Shown here: in pieces, positions 47,153-59,680 of the stretch
Numbering within the stretch: the first letter of the stretch is position 1
Layout: each line of letters begins with the position of its first letter
Source: Pristiophorus japonicus
Lineage: Eukaryota
Length of the DNA stretch: 64,000 nucleotides
NCBI RefSeq assembly: GCF_044704955.1
Contig: NC_091994.1
Coordinates: 91,264,001-91,328,000, forward strand
Direction: 5' to 3'
Translations under genes and position numbers: made by a program
The notes under the pieces: model-generated
What the model saw: only the letters and a program-made list of their open reading frames with translations
Database searches by the model: none
What the model was told of the DNA's origin: nothing

Positions 47153-47972
47153 TGTTAGGGGATTTCTTAGTGGTTACCATCGCAACAAAGGGTTGTTAGT
47201 CCGGCAACAATAACTCCACTCATGATTTACACACAAGTGGTTTTTATAATAACAAGCTTTATTACAGTCACTGAATTGGTCTTTCATTTATATTGAATGA
47301 CATGCAAATAATCCAACCTGGATCCCAGGCTCTGACTACCCCCGAGAACGCTCCATAAGTCCTGGAGTGACCAGCTCCCGCCCTCCAGGCCCTCCGCATG
47401 GCTGCACTGCTCCTGACCTTCGAGAACGCCCTGAAGTTAAAGGGGACCTGGTTCTATTCTTCTACTACAATACAACCTTGGCCTGTGCTTATGCAATATG
47501 TATTTTGCACTTTTAGCTGAGGCCAGAGCTTATAATCTTTTCAGCCTTTGCCTGTGTGCTACCAGCTTTGTTTATCGTACAGCAAGTGCTTAGGCCAAAT
47601 GTGTATCCCGTTCCCTAGACCTGTTCATATATAGAGCCATGATTAATGTGTATTCCGCTCCCTAGACCTGTTCATATATAGAGTCACGGTTAATGTGTAT
47701 CCCGTTCCCTAGACCTTTCATATATAGAGCCATGGTTAATGTGTATTCCGCTCCCTAGACCTGTTCATATATAGAGCCATGGTTAATGTGTATCCCGTTC
47801 CCTAGACCTGTTCATATATAGAGCCATGGTTAATGTGTATTCCGCTCCCTAGACCTGTTCATATATAGAGTCACGGTTAATGTGTATCCCGTTCCCTAGA
47901 CCTTTCATATATAGAGACATGGTTAATGTTGGGATAGATTGACTTTAAAATCATCGTAAAAACATTCCAACA
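47153..47972 (-). mobile_element. candidate solo LTR (~820 bp) with a tandem array in U3
   Basis: TGTT...AACA ends; near-TSD GTGAC/ATGAC; minus-strand TATAA (~47531) and AATAAA (~47258) in LTR order. Confidence 0.5.
47598..47929. repeat. 47-bp tandem repeat, 7 copies, higher-order ABCDABC
   Basis: Units AATGTGTATYCCGYTCCCTAGACCTGTTCATATATAGAGCCATGGTT start at 47598, 47645, 47692, 47738, 47785, 47832 and 47879. Confidence 0.95.
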
Positions 47973-48413
47973 ATGACCAGCAATTCTTTTGAGGTCTGCC
48001 TCCAATGCACATTTTGTAGATGCGGTTGTTAAGCCGTCTTCCAGTGCACAACCATTGATCGATTTCTCCCCCTCCCCCAAGTATTGTCAGGTGACTGATA
48101 TTTTTATTCATTTAAAATGGTTTCTTGAGATTTTCTCATTTTCTTCCCTCCTCCTACAGGCACTGGCTCATGCTGTATGGTTCCACATGTAGGGATATGG
48201 AGTTGAGGTACAAATTAGCCATGATCTAATTGAATGGCGGAGCAGGCTCGAGGGGCTGAATGGCCTCCTCCTGTTCCTATGTTCCACATATGCCAGCCGG
48301 CCTCCAGTGTGCGAGTCTAGACAATGAGCATCAGCGCAGGCTATTGCATTGAGGACGACCTCACAGCTGAGCCTCAGCCTGTCCTCTTCCGACATCTGCG
48401 CTCAGCCACATGT

Positions 48414-48880
48414 CATAAGAACATAAGAAATAGGAGCAGGAATAGGCCACCTGGCTCCTCAAGCCTGCTCTGCCATTTAATAAGATCATAGCTAATCGGA
48501 TCATGGACTCCGCTCCACTTCCCTGCCCGCTCCCCGTATCCCTTATCGCTCAAAAATCTGTCTATCTTCGCCTTAAATATATTCCATGACCCAGCCTGCA
48601 CAGCTGAAAATTCCGTAGATTTACAACCCTCTGAGAGAAGAAATTCTTCCTCATCTCAGTTTTAAATGGGCGATCGCTTATTCTGAAACTGTGTCCCCTA
48701 GTTTTAGTTTCCCCTGAGTGGAAATATCCTCTGCATCCACCTTGTCGAGCCCCCTCATTATCTTATATGTTTCGATAAGATCACCTCATTCTTCTGAACT
48801 CCAATGAGTATAGGCCCAACCTACTCAACCTATCTTCATAAGCCAACCCCCTCATCTCTGGAATTTACCTAGTGAACCTA
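48414..48880 (-). mobile_element. CR1 LINE 3' fragment
   Basis: CATAAGAACATAAGAAATAGGAGCAGG tail and RT C-terminus. Confidence 0.88.
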
Positions 48881-49207
48881 GTGTCAACAGGAGTCAGCAA
48901 CTCGGAACAGAATCCCTGGCTTTTTCCCCCCTCCTTTGCTTTTTCTCTGGTTTCTGAGGCTAACTGCAGCAGTTTGACTAAGATCAGCTAACTCTCAGCA
49001 TAGACCGGCAAGTAAAACTGGGATGCAATGGTCCGTCTGGCTTAGTGCTGCACCCAACAGTACCTTTACCCACAGGGCAACCAGGGAAGCCCTGTGAATA
49101 AAATGTCAATGAATGTAATACTATTTTTAAAAAATGGTTGTTTAGAATTTTTAACTAAACGTAGAATGTTGTGACGAATGAATTTTGACAGGCCTTCATT
49201 TCAATAG

Positions 49208-49272
49208 GTGCTGATTCCTGTCTTTGCCCTCGGACGAGCCCAGGAGCTCTGCATCCTACTGGAAACCTTCTG
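49208..49272 (+). CDS. INTS11: INTS11 coding exon 8 (VLIPVFALGRAQELCILLETFW)
   Basis: 65 nt; beta-CASP domain. Confidence 0.97.
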
Positions 49273-49749
49273 GTAATTTTTGTCGGCTTTCAAAGAAACG
49301 GCGTGGTTAAAGATGATGGAGATTATTTTCTGTGAGGGCAGAGAGGCAGTGGGCGGATGTTGGTTACAGAGGGAGAAACTATTCAGACCACCATTTGCTG
49401 TCCAAGTTTACAAAAATTCTGAAAGTTATGAAATCCAGCTGGCAGTCAGTTGTATTTGCCCAGATTTCCTGCCTTAACCCTTGGGTCACTGCAGGCGTAG
49501 TCACCTACAAAACATATCAGTTAATTCACCTTGGTGCTCAATCAAATAAAGCCGTTCAGATGTTAGCAATAACTTTATTACTGCAGTATTAACTTTAAAC
49601 TGCTTGCAGATTATGTTTCAAATGATATATTTTATGTAACGTGTAGCAAAAAATACTGTTTTAAACATTTTCCTTCCCCTTCACCTGTCTTCGCTTCTCC
49701 CGTTCTCTCTGCCGTTAGTTAAATGTGATACAGCTTTTAAAAAAAGTTT

Positions 49750-50420
49750 TCTTGGGCGACATCATCCATCCACAGCCAGAGGTTCAGCTTCCACATGTAT
49801 GCTGCCGACAGCCAGCTCTACCACTCCGCCTCCTCTCTCGACCCCTCCACTGCCTCTACCATTCCACCTCCTCTCTCGACCCCTCCACTGCCTCTACCAC
49901 TCCGCCTCCTCTCTCGACCCCTCCACTGCCTCTACCACTCCGCCTCCTCTCCCGACCCCTCCACTGCCTCTCTGTTGTCAGGCTGCTTTTCAAATATTCA
50001 GTCCTGAATGAACCACAATTTTCTCCAGTTAAGCCCAAAGCCATCCCCTCCACCCCCCCATCGATTCCATCTCCCCTCCCCGGCCGTTGTTTTAGGCTGA
50101 ACCAGACTGTTTGCAAACTCAACGCCCCATTCGACCCTGAACTGAGCTTCCGACTCCAGTCCACTCCATCACAAAGATGAATCTACTTCACCTCCATAAC
50201 ATCACCTGCCTTTGCCTCCTTGCTCAGTCCATCTGCTGCCAAACCCTCACCCATGCCACGTCACCTCCAGACTCGACTGTTCCGATGCTGTCTTGGCCGG
50301 CCACCCCTCCTCCACCCTCTATAAACTTCAGCTCATCCAAAACTCACCCCTCCCTATCTCTGTAACCTCCTCCAACTCTTCAACCCCCAGCGTTCCTCTG
50401 ACTCTGGCCTCTAATGCACT
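49750..50420 (+). mobile_element. L2 LINE RT fragment containing a 38-bp x4 tandem expansion (49816-49972)
   Basis: FHMYAADSQLY (degenerate YADD) followed by four CTCTACCACTCCGCCTCCTCTCTCGACCCCTCCACTGC units; TSRLDCSDAVLAG..LYKLQLIQN. Confidence 0.8.
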
Positions 50421-51040
50421 CTGTCCCCCCCCCCCCCCCCCCCCAGGTGTTCAAATGCATAATTTCTTGAAAGTATGAGAGGAGGTAGATATAAAGCTAT
50501 AAAAAAATGTCCAAGAGCACTTTAGAAAATAGGAGTACTGCCGCTAACTCCCAAGATCCTCCCTTCTAGAGCTACCAAACCCCAGGAGCTCTGACCTCCC
50601 ATGATTGCACACTCCAAACCATAGGTCTTGCTGAAGTTCTGCTGAACCTCAGTGCTCTTGCGTGCTTCCAAGACTTCCAACCGAGTCCTAATGAACTCCA
50701 TAGTCAAGCCTTCCGTGCCTCCACATGTTAATGCTATCTCCCCCCACCTCCGTGCACGGAAGACCCAGCCCCACTGAGTGTTTCCAGTTCACAGATCCAG
50801 GTCTGGTTTTTGCACCTACTGTCTCCCACAAACCAACCGTGGGTTCTCCCCAACCCCTGCTTCCTCACAGTTCCTCCCAGCCCAGCATTTCCTCTTTCAT
50901 TTGCATGTGTTTTTATTTTTGAATTTTTCTCCATCACTGACTGCACAGAAGACTAGCTGTATTATGTATTAATATGATAATTGTATTAAATATATTAATT
51001 GTACATTAGATGGCCTAACAGCCCATCATTAAAACGCATT

Positions 51041-51705
51041 GGGCCAGAATTTGCAGTCAAAATAACAGTGAGATTAATGGCGTTCCCCATTATGCGTGAA
51101 TGGTACAGCAACTTCAGGAGAGGGGCAGTTGCGTGGTTAAATGCGAATATTCCAAAGTTGCTGTCTGATTTGTGTCGATAGTTAGCTTCGCAATAACGGC
51201 ATCTTGTTGCCTGCCTCACCATTGAAATGCATTGAATGTCATGAAGTTGCTGCATTTGCGCAGTAGATACAAACTAAACCCGTCACTAGTAATTAGCAAT
51301 GTAAGTGCCCGTTTAACACCGGGATAATGATTAATTTCTGCCAATCGACCCATCTGGCACTGAAAATTAACTTTTTCAAGTGTGGAGTTTCATTCCTTCA
51401 GGGTTTAAATTTTTCAGGGAGATTTTAGATATGTAAATTTATTTTAAAATTCTTACTTCCTTTTTGTCTCTTTTTTTTCTCTTTCTCTAATCCAATCTTT
51501 CTTTCCCCTTTTTTATTTCTCTTTCTGTACCTGATTTACATTGCATGCACTCCCTTTTAATTCACCCTCATTCTCCTGTGTTTATTTCCGAATCCTTAAA
51601 TCTCATTGGTTGAGGAGATACCCTGTTGCTTTCCCTGCTCACTCAGGTCCCAGATACCCTAATGGCAGAGGTTGTTAGATGCCTTGCTACAGCAAAATCT
51701 GACCC
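51041..51705. mobile_element. PIF/Harbinger-like non-autonomous DNA element
   Basis: TIRs GGGCCAGAATTTGC / GCAAAATCTGACCC; 3-bp flanks ATT/AAT. Confidence 0.5.
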
Positions 51706-52084
51706 AATCACCATGAACCAACATTTGGAAGATCCACTAGTAACAGAAAACCTTTGAAGTTCAGGGTTGTGAACTACGGAAATAAATTTACAATATTCAT
51801 TCTCGGGATGGGTGTCGCTGGTGGGGCTTTCGGGCTTTAGGTTTGAGCTTAAGTGCTGGTTCTAAAATTGTTTTTGTAAGGTGTTATTTGAAGGTACAAC
51901 AGCAGTAGGTGAGCGAGAAACCACTGTGCAGCTCAAAGAGTCACAATTTTGGTTGGAGACTCTAGTTGCAAGCTTATACTGCCAAGCTTCTTCATGACTC
52001 CATATCGACCATGGAATTGTTCTTGATCTAGATCTCATTGATTGGCTGCCTGCCAACTTAGATGTAAAATTCAAAAGAAAAAAA

Positions 52085-52500
52085 TAAATTGCATTTATAT
52101 AGCACCTTTCATAACCTCAGGACATCCCAAAGTGCTTCACATGTATTGAAGTACTTTTGAAATGCAGTCACTGATAGGAAATGTTGCAGCCAATTTGTGC
52201 ACAGCAAGATCCCACAAACAGCAATGGACAAAACTGTTTTAGTGGTGTTCATTGAGGGATGATCATTGCCCAGGATACCAGAAGAGCTCACCTGCTCTTC
52301 TTTGAATAGTGCTATGAGAACTTTTACGTCCTGCCGAGAGAGCAGATGGGGCCTTGGACAAACGTCTCCTCTGAAAGGCAGCACCTCCGACAGTGCAGGA
52401 TTCCCTCAGTACTTAGATATGTGCTGAAGTCTCTGGATTGCGGCTTGAACCTACAACCTTCTGACTCGGAGGTGAGAATGCTACCACTGAGCCAAGGCTG
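52085..52500 (-). mobile_element. Deu-domain tRNA SINE, near full length
   Basis: Tail, Deu core (CTGAAAGGCAGCACCTCCGACAG) and tRNA head present. Confidence 0.85.
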
Positions 52501-52808
52501 AGGCCTACATCTATAATGACAAAAGGAGCTCAGATTTTGAGATGAATCGAGAATTAATTTGCAACTATAAAGACGTTTCTAGCAGCACAACCAACAATCC
52601 CAGGCAGAGATTGGAAATATCCTCACAGCTTACTGAATGAGGAAAGACCATTTAGTTCATTAAACCCATGTATAGTTTGCATTATTCTGGATTCTACCAA
52701 AATAGCTTAACAGCCTGAGGAAGATGATTTACTACAGCTAAATCATCCATGATAATACAGTAACTAATAAAGACTGTTTCAGAATGTGCTTGTCATTTCT
52801 ACATGCAG

Positions 52809-52998
52809 GGAGAGAATGAACTTGAAGGCACCCATTTACTTCTCCACTGGACTGACAGAGAAGGCCAATCATTATTATAAATTATTCATTACATGGACCA
52901 ATCAAAAAATTAGGAAGACGTTTGTGCAGAGAAACATGTTTGAGTTCAAGCACATCAAGGCGTTTGATAGGACCTATGCTGACAACCCTGGACCAATG
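52809..52998 (+). CDS. INTS11: INTS11 coding exon 9 ([26 protein letters not shown]...DNPGPM)
   Basis: 190 nt; donor ATG|GTGTGT. Confidence 0.97.
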
Positions 52999-53159
52999 GT
53001 GTGTGCTGTTGTATTTTGCTCTGTTGTTTTGATTTTTTAATTTGGTTGTGTACAGAAATGTTTGGTTCTGAAAACATTTACCTTTCCCATGTTTGATCTA
53101 TTACATTCATATTTTGAACTATGAAAGCTTACATATGCCTACAGTCACTCATGAGGTAT

Positions 53160-53434
53160 TTGGAGTCCCTGGCCCAAGACCGCCCTAAGTGGAGGAAGTG
53201 CATCCAGGAGGGCGTTGAGCACCTCGAGTCTCATCGCCTAGAACATGCAGAAATCAAGTGCAGGCAGCGGAAAGAGTGTGCGGCAAACCAGTCCCACCCA
53301 CCCTTTCTCTCAGCGACTATCTGTCCCACCTGTGACAGAGTCTGTGGCTCTTGTATTGGACTGTTCAGCCACCAAAGAACTCACTTCAGGAGTGGAAGCA
53401 AGTCTTCCTCGATTCCGAGGGACTGCCTATGATG
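53160..53434 (+). mobile_element. RTE LINE 3' fragment
   Basis: ESLAQDRPKWRKCI...CPTCDRVC..GLFSHQRTH followed by a GAGGGACTGCCTATGAT tail. Confidence 0.85.
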
Positions 53435-54797
53435 GGATCATTTTGAAACCCAAATTGTACGGAAACCATGTTACCGGGGTGAGAAGGTTTAGTTTCAAAT
53501 GGAGGCTACAGAAACTGGGGCTCTTTTCACCAAAAGTGAGAAGGTTGAGGGAGGATTTGGTAGAGGTGCTCAAAATTATGAGGAATTTTGATAAGATGAA
53601 AAGGAGAAAGAAAAGCATTACTGCCTTGATTTTACTAACCCAATGGTCATTTAGTTGGGAACTAGAAGGTCTTCATTTAAGATCATGACCAAATGAATGA
53701 AGGAAGAGATTAGGAGAAATCCTTTTATGCAGTGCATTGTGAAGAGGGGGGATACCCTATCAGGAACCGTGATAGAAGCAGAATACATAACTGTTTTAAA
53801 AGGGAAGTGGATAACTATTTGGAAACAACATTTAAAAGGGTAGGAGGACAGAGCAAGATAATGGTACTGAGTGGATAGGTCTTTCTGGTGCAATGGACCA
53901 TTGTGTAGTCTTGTGTGCTGCAAAATTCTGTGATTCTCTAGCTAGTTTAGCTCCGATTTATTTGAACAAATCTGAGCCAACGCTCAGATTTATTCTTCTA
54001 TCCTCTTCTAGAGTCAGTGACTGAAGGTGTAGTTCCATGGGCGTTGGCAGCTTATTAGCGTGAACGCTTTTTATGTGTGAATGTTGGCAGACCCCCTATT
54101 CAACCACAGAGGGCATACCTGTCAAACCCATCCCTGTACTCGCCCAACAGCCACACATTACTCTCCGGCAGGGGCAGGAACACTGGTGGCCGTTGGCACT
54201 GAAGCCAGTTGTGGCGACCCAGCTACCACCTTAATGAGATTCACTCACTCACTATTGACCAAGCCTGAGACGTTCTGGTCTATATGGCTGAGTAGTTTAC
54301 ACACTGAGCTAGCGAAGGAGCCGATGCTATTATACTGGTACATGGGAATTCACAAATGTGCAGTTGTGCTTTTGGAAAGAAAGTCAGACTCTGATAAAGC
54401 TGTTCTGCAGGTTCCATGTGTACAAAATCCTACTTGGAGCTTAAATGCCCAATCGTGAATTAAAACCGGTGAAGTCTCACCATGTTTCAGTACCTTGCTC
54501 TACACCCAACAACACAAATTGAGAAGAGCCAGAACTTGGGCTTCAGTTTGGGGTTGTGGTTGATCATTTGCATTTATGGACAGTTGCCATAATTTCTGAA
54601 TTATCTGTATTAGAAATGTTTACCTGTCCTTAATTACGATCTATCATTGTATTTTAGCTGACTTTAGCATTTTGATTTGTTCACTCACTACACTTAACTA
54701 TTTTCATAATAGTGCTTTGATATTGGAAATTTGACGTCAAAATTAAAAATGTGATACTTCATGAAGTCAGTCATATAATAAAGGTTGACTTTTCCAG

Positions 54798-54881
54798 GTT
54801 GTCTTTGCTACACCAGGCATGCTTCACGCTGGGCAGTCTCTGCAGATTTTCAGGAAATGGGCAGGCAATGATAAAAACATG
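54798..54881 (+). CDS. INTS11: INTS11 coding exon 10 ([28 protein letters not shown])
   Basis: 84 nt, AG/GT boundaries. Confidence 0.97.
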
Positions 54882-54988
54882 GTAAGAGCAAACAGATCCA
54901 CACACCGAGACGTCAACATATGCCTTTTCTCACTTAAGTTCTACACTATATATCATCTGGGCTCTAAGATGTGCACTTGTTGTCTCAG

Positions 54989-55078
54989 GTCATCATGCCA
55001 GGGTATTGTGTACAAGGAACGGTGGGACATAAAATCCTAAGTGGACAACGGAAACTTGAAATGGAGGGGCGACAAACT
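54989..55078 (+). CDS. INTS11: INTS11 coding exon 11 ([30 protein letters not shown])
   Basis: 90 nt, AG/GT boundaries. Confidence 0.97.
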
Positions 55079-56697
55079 GTAAGTGTTGCTTTGCATACGT
55101 TAATGAATAGTGCTTTTAGGCACTCGGGATGTTACAGAGCCAGAATTTGACCATTGTGGTCCACCTAGCCAGTCCCAAAGCAAAAAGATATTCATTTATA
55201 TACTTTATCAAAATGGTTCCCATAAAGTGAATTGCTTTGCAGTGTAGTGACTGTTGCAAGCAAGACTCGGCAAATGGCAATGAGAAGAATGACCAGTTCA
55301 TCTGGTTTTTTTTGGCAGTATTAATTGAGGAAGCAATTTATTAGGACATCTGGTGAACTCCTTGAACTTCTTCACAAAGTCCCATGGGATCTTTAACATT
55401 CTCCTGATCTGGCAGAAGGAGCTTTGATTTAATTTCATTTGCAGGATGACAGTGCAGCAATGGTTACTGCCTCTGCCAACTCCTCGCCGCTATCTTTCAT
55501 TATTCTAATATGTAAGCCCTCATGACTTATCTACTTTTATTTTGAGTCTTAAAAATTTCACTAAGATCGCCCCTAACCTTTTTATTCCCCGAGTGTAACA
55601 TTCCCAGCTTCCTTGTCTGATCTTGTAGCTCAGGTGCCTAATCTCTGAATTTAGTAGCCCTCCTCTGCACCCTCTCTAAAGCCAGGATTTCCTGATTGTG
55701 TATACAATACTCATGGTTGGGGCAGAATTGGTGTTCATATAAGCACACTATCAGCCTGGGATTTTCTGTTCCTCTGGTTATGCACTGTAAGTTCTGCTAT
55801 GCCTGTCTTACTGCTGTCGCATGCTACGCTAATAATTTTAATGAGCTATCCACTCTTCTGTACTGTGTCCTGTAATCTGTTACCATTCACCTTGAAATTC
55901 CAATGCTCGTTCCCCTTCGCCAGTAGTGTTTGCCCACATCTGGCAGTTGTTACTCCAAACCTTAATTTACCCAGATTTCCAGTAATTGGTTAGCTTAATC
56001 CCTGTTATTTGTCGCTCTTCCTTCCCCTCCGCCCAATTTCATATCATTAACAAACTTAAACAGCAATGTTTCTGTCCCACCCTGAATCAGTTATGTACAT
56101 TGTTAAAAAGCCTCAGGTCCCACTAATCACCTCCCTCTATGTTGTTTCCTCTGACTCATCCATTTTCTGACTTACTGCAGGAGCTCCTTCGGGGCTGTTT
56201 CACTGACTAAATGTTTCCTTTGAATATATTTTTAAAAGCCTTTCACATCAATAGTGTCTTATATTCTCTGTAATTTTAATCTCATTCTCTTATATTTTGT
56301 TTTTCTGACCAGTTTCTTGAGCTATTTTAATATCCATCTCTGTCCCCAATCCATCTGTAGATTTATACTCGAGGAAGGTTATGTTCTGTGAGTAAGTGAG
56401 CACTGTAATTTGGGTCAGCTTGTCTTTTTTTTTTAACATTGTAAACGTATATCGTGAGCTGACAAATGCTTTTATGTGCTGAAACTAGCTGAGGAGGCTT
56501 TTTTTCTAAGTAAGTTGATATCATTAGTCAAGCTGATGTAGACTCCTTGTGAGCTATTGTTAGAGATCCCTGGACTGTTGGGCATTGGGATTTGCAATAT
56601 ATGTTACAAAATAGATTTATGGCTCAGTGCATTTTAAACATGATACTTTGTCTTCATGATTTTTTTGCATTAAATCTAAATTTGGAATTGAGATTGT

Positions 56698-57061
56698 GGC
56701 GGTGAAATTGCCCTCAATAGGGTAATCTTCTGGGGCCGGGAATTTTAGCGCCTGGCGCGCAAGTTCCATCCCCACCACGGAATTGCCCTTGCCACCATGG
56801 AAAGGAAGCGGAGCACAATCTCCCGTGCTCCACTTCCGTTGGGGGCGGTATCTGGGGCGCTGTAAGGGCGAGGAAAGCAGTGCTGCGTGAATGTTCCACG
56901 TAGTGCTGACGCGCTTCAACGCTTAAAGGGGAGGCCCGCTGAGCACGCTGCACGGCCTCCACTGGGCCACCAGGGGCAGCCTGCGACCGGGCCAGCTGCC
57001 CGGCACCCGAGACGGAGTGCCGGAGGCTAACGGGGTTATAAAAGGGGGCAATTTCACCTCC
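56698..57061. mobile_element. GC-rich PIF/Harbinger-like MITE
   Basis: TIRs GGCGGTGAAATTGCCC / GGGCAATTTCACCTCC. Confidence 0.6.
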
Positions 57062-57149
57062 TTTGAGTTTCTTTATTTAAAAAATCATTTCATTTCAATT
57101 CAACATTTCTAACACTGCTCATTACCTATTGCTAACATATCCTTCCCAG

Positions 57150-57312
57150 CTAGAAGTGAAGATGCAGGTGGAATACATGTCATTCAGTGCACACGCCGAT
57201 GCCAAAGGCATCATGCAACTTATCCGTCAAGCAGAGCCACAAAATGTGCTGCTGGTCCATGGAGAGGCTAAGAAAATGGGATTCCTTAAACAGAAAATTG
57301 AGCAGGAGTTCG
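57150..57312 (+). CDS. INTS11: INTS11 coding exon 12 ([17 protein letters not shown]...LLVHGE...IEQEF)
   Basis: 163 nt; FSAHAD and LVHGE beta-CASP motifs. Confidence 0.97.
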
Positions 57313-57764
57313 GTACGTCTCACTAGAGCTCATGTACTGTATTATTTATTATCCTTTTTTATATTTGCAGGGCTGCGGGGAAGGGTCGCCTTCCGTGCTG
57401 TAACCATTCTATGATTCTGTAAATGTAGACTAACAAGGCCTTACAGTACCCAGATCTAATCTTTTCCTGTGAAGCAAATGTTAAGGATTATATAAAAATA
57501 GAAACAGTACAAGGCATTCAACGAATCAGTGTGCTCTCCCAGTTTGTTAACTGTGAGCCGTTCATCTTTTTAATCCCAATTCCCCTCCCTTTTCTCCATA
57601 CCCCTTAATAGATACTTTCTAGAAAGCATCTTAATTGGTTCTGCGTATGGGGCCATACATTCCACATTCTTACAACCCTTTGCATGAAGAAATTGTTTCT
57701 GAAATTAATATTGGCTTTGTTCAAATTTTAAGATCTAGATTCCAATACAAGAGGGCAGTGTTTA

Positions 57765-58160
57765 TAAGAACATAGGAGCAGGAGTAGGCCATAAGGCCCC
57801 TCGAGCCTGCTCCACCATTTAATACAATCTTGGCTCGATCATGGACTCGGGTTCACTTCCCTGCCTGCTCCCCATAACCCATTATTCCCTTTATCGGTTA
57901 AGAAACCGTCTATCTCTGTCTTAAATTTATTCAATGTCCCAGCTTCCACAGTGAATTCCACAGATTTACAACCTGAGAAAATAAATTTCTCCTCATCTCA
58001 GTTTTAAATGGGCGGCCCCTTATTCTAAGATTATGCCCCCTAGTTCTAGTCTCCCCCATCAGTGGAAACATCCTCTCTGCATCCTTGTCAAGCCCCCTCA
58101 TAATTTTATACGTATCAATAAGATCACCTCTCATTCTTCTGAATTCCAATGAGTAGAGGC
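57765..58160 (-). mobile_element. young CR1 3' fragment nested in an older CR1 (~57560-59240)
   Basis: ORF 57931-58200; degenerate CR1 sequence continues on both sides. Confidence 0.8.
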
Positions 58161-58646
58161 ACTCGCTTATTCCCCTCGTCAGTACAAATACTGAAGTCAA
58201 ATCAACTTTAACCTCTCCATGTCAAGGCAATAGAGCCCATGTTTACCCAATTATTTGATATAGCTAAATCCCATCATCCCAAGTATCATCCTGATGAATT
58301 ATTGCTGTACTTTCTCCAAGACCAGTTTGTCCTTGTCAAGGTGGGACAGCCAACATAATACTTTAAGGCATTTCTTTGCTTGTATATTCTAAATGTCTTG
58401 TGATGAAGCCCAGCACCCCATTAGATCATTTAATCCCTCTTGATGATTTATATACTTGGATCACTGAATTTCTTTGTTCTTCTCCACCTCTTTGTACTTC
58501 CTCATTTAGACTGGATTCCCATCTGCCATTCTTGTGTCCAAAATGTACAAGCTCACAGTTAGGCTGTCATTCACTTAATTGATCTGTCCTCCTTTTCATG
58601 CTTCACTATACCTCCTAGCTTAGCATCATTTGGAAACTTGGATATA

Positions 58647-59003
58647 CAGGCAACGTTCGATTATCCAGGTCCCTCAGGGATTGGGCTATGCCGGGTAAAC
58701 GATTTCTCCGTTAGAGCGAGTTGACGTTATAAAGTTAAAACTTCAGTGAATAAACACTGTGCAATCAGCTACAAACAGTGACAAGGCAGTTAAGTATGGA
58801 CATTACCAGCAAGCATGCAGGTGGCCTCGAGGAGGAGATTGTCTAGCTCCGGGGTTCCGGAGCGAGTTGTCTTCCCGGGCCGAACGGACTCCGATGTCAG
58901 CGGCGGCCGCGACAGACAGCGGCATGCACACACACACGGAATTTTAAATGCCATTACAACGGTTTCCTGTTGCATCCGTGTGCGGATAATCGAGAGTTGC
59001 CTG
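58647..59003. mobile_element. Tc1/mariner (Tigger-like) MITE
   Basis: 20-bp TIRs CAGGCAACGTTCGATTATCC / GGATAATCGAGAGTTGCCTG (18/20 match); TA TSD at 58645-58646 and 59004-59005. Confidence 0.85.
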
Positions 59004-59269
59004 TACTCTTTTCTATGTACAAATTTAGATCATTTATTACAAGAGGGCAGTGTTTAAAAGAACATAACATAAAGCTGGGGTCCTAGCAGCAATTCTGTGG
59101 GATACTACCTGTCAAACCAAAAATATTCCCTTAATCCCAAATGTTTGCCTTGTACCTCCCAACCAGTTCTTTTTATCCATGCCACAAAGTTGCCTCAATT
59201 TTAACAAGCAGTCTCTCATGCAGAGCTTTATCCAAATGGACTCCAGCTAGAATTTGTAATATTTATTGG

Positions 59270-59680
59270 GCTTTGACCGACTAGTGCACTGATTTAGCAC
59301 ATTTCCCTTTAATCTCTGGGACTTGGATTTGAATCCTGCCCAGGCAGCTGGGACAACAGTGTCCTCTCTGACAGCTGTAACCATCCCAAGTGAAATTACC
59401 GTGGGTAGTGTCAACCTAGCGTTTGCGAGTGCAAAGCCCAGAACAGTTCACAATTTGGGATAGCTTGGCACTAACTTGGTAACTCACTGAGACGCCATCA
59501 GGATGGCTGGCGTGTGAATCGAAAAATTCTCTGGCAGGGTAGCGTGATTTTTAATCTGCATTTGGTCTTGCTGTACCCAGCTTGGAGATGTGTGATATAA
59601 ACACATTGTGCCGAAAGTAGAAACATTTATTGTTCTTGAATACCGGTATCCCTCACCTCAGTGAGCACAAAAATTAACCC
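59270..59680 (+). mobile_element. second LF-SINE-like copy
   Basis: TTTGAATCCTGCCCAGG..GTGAAATT..TTGGCACTAACTTGG..GTGAGCACAAAA, colinear with 3272-3640. Confidence 0.45.

Noticed and set aside
47598-47929. CRISPR-like appearance of the 47-bp array
   Set aside because: No unique spacers, eukaryotic intron context; it is a tandem repeat.
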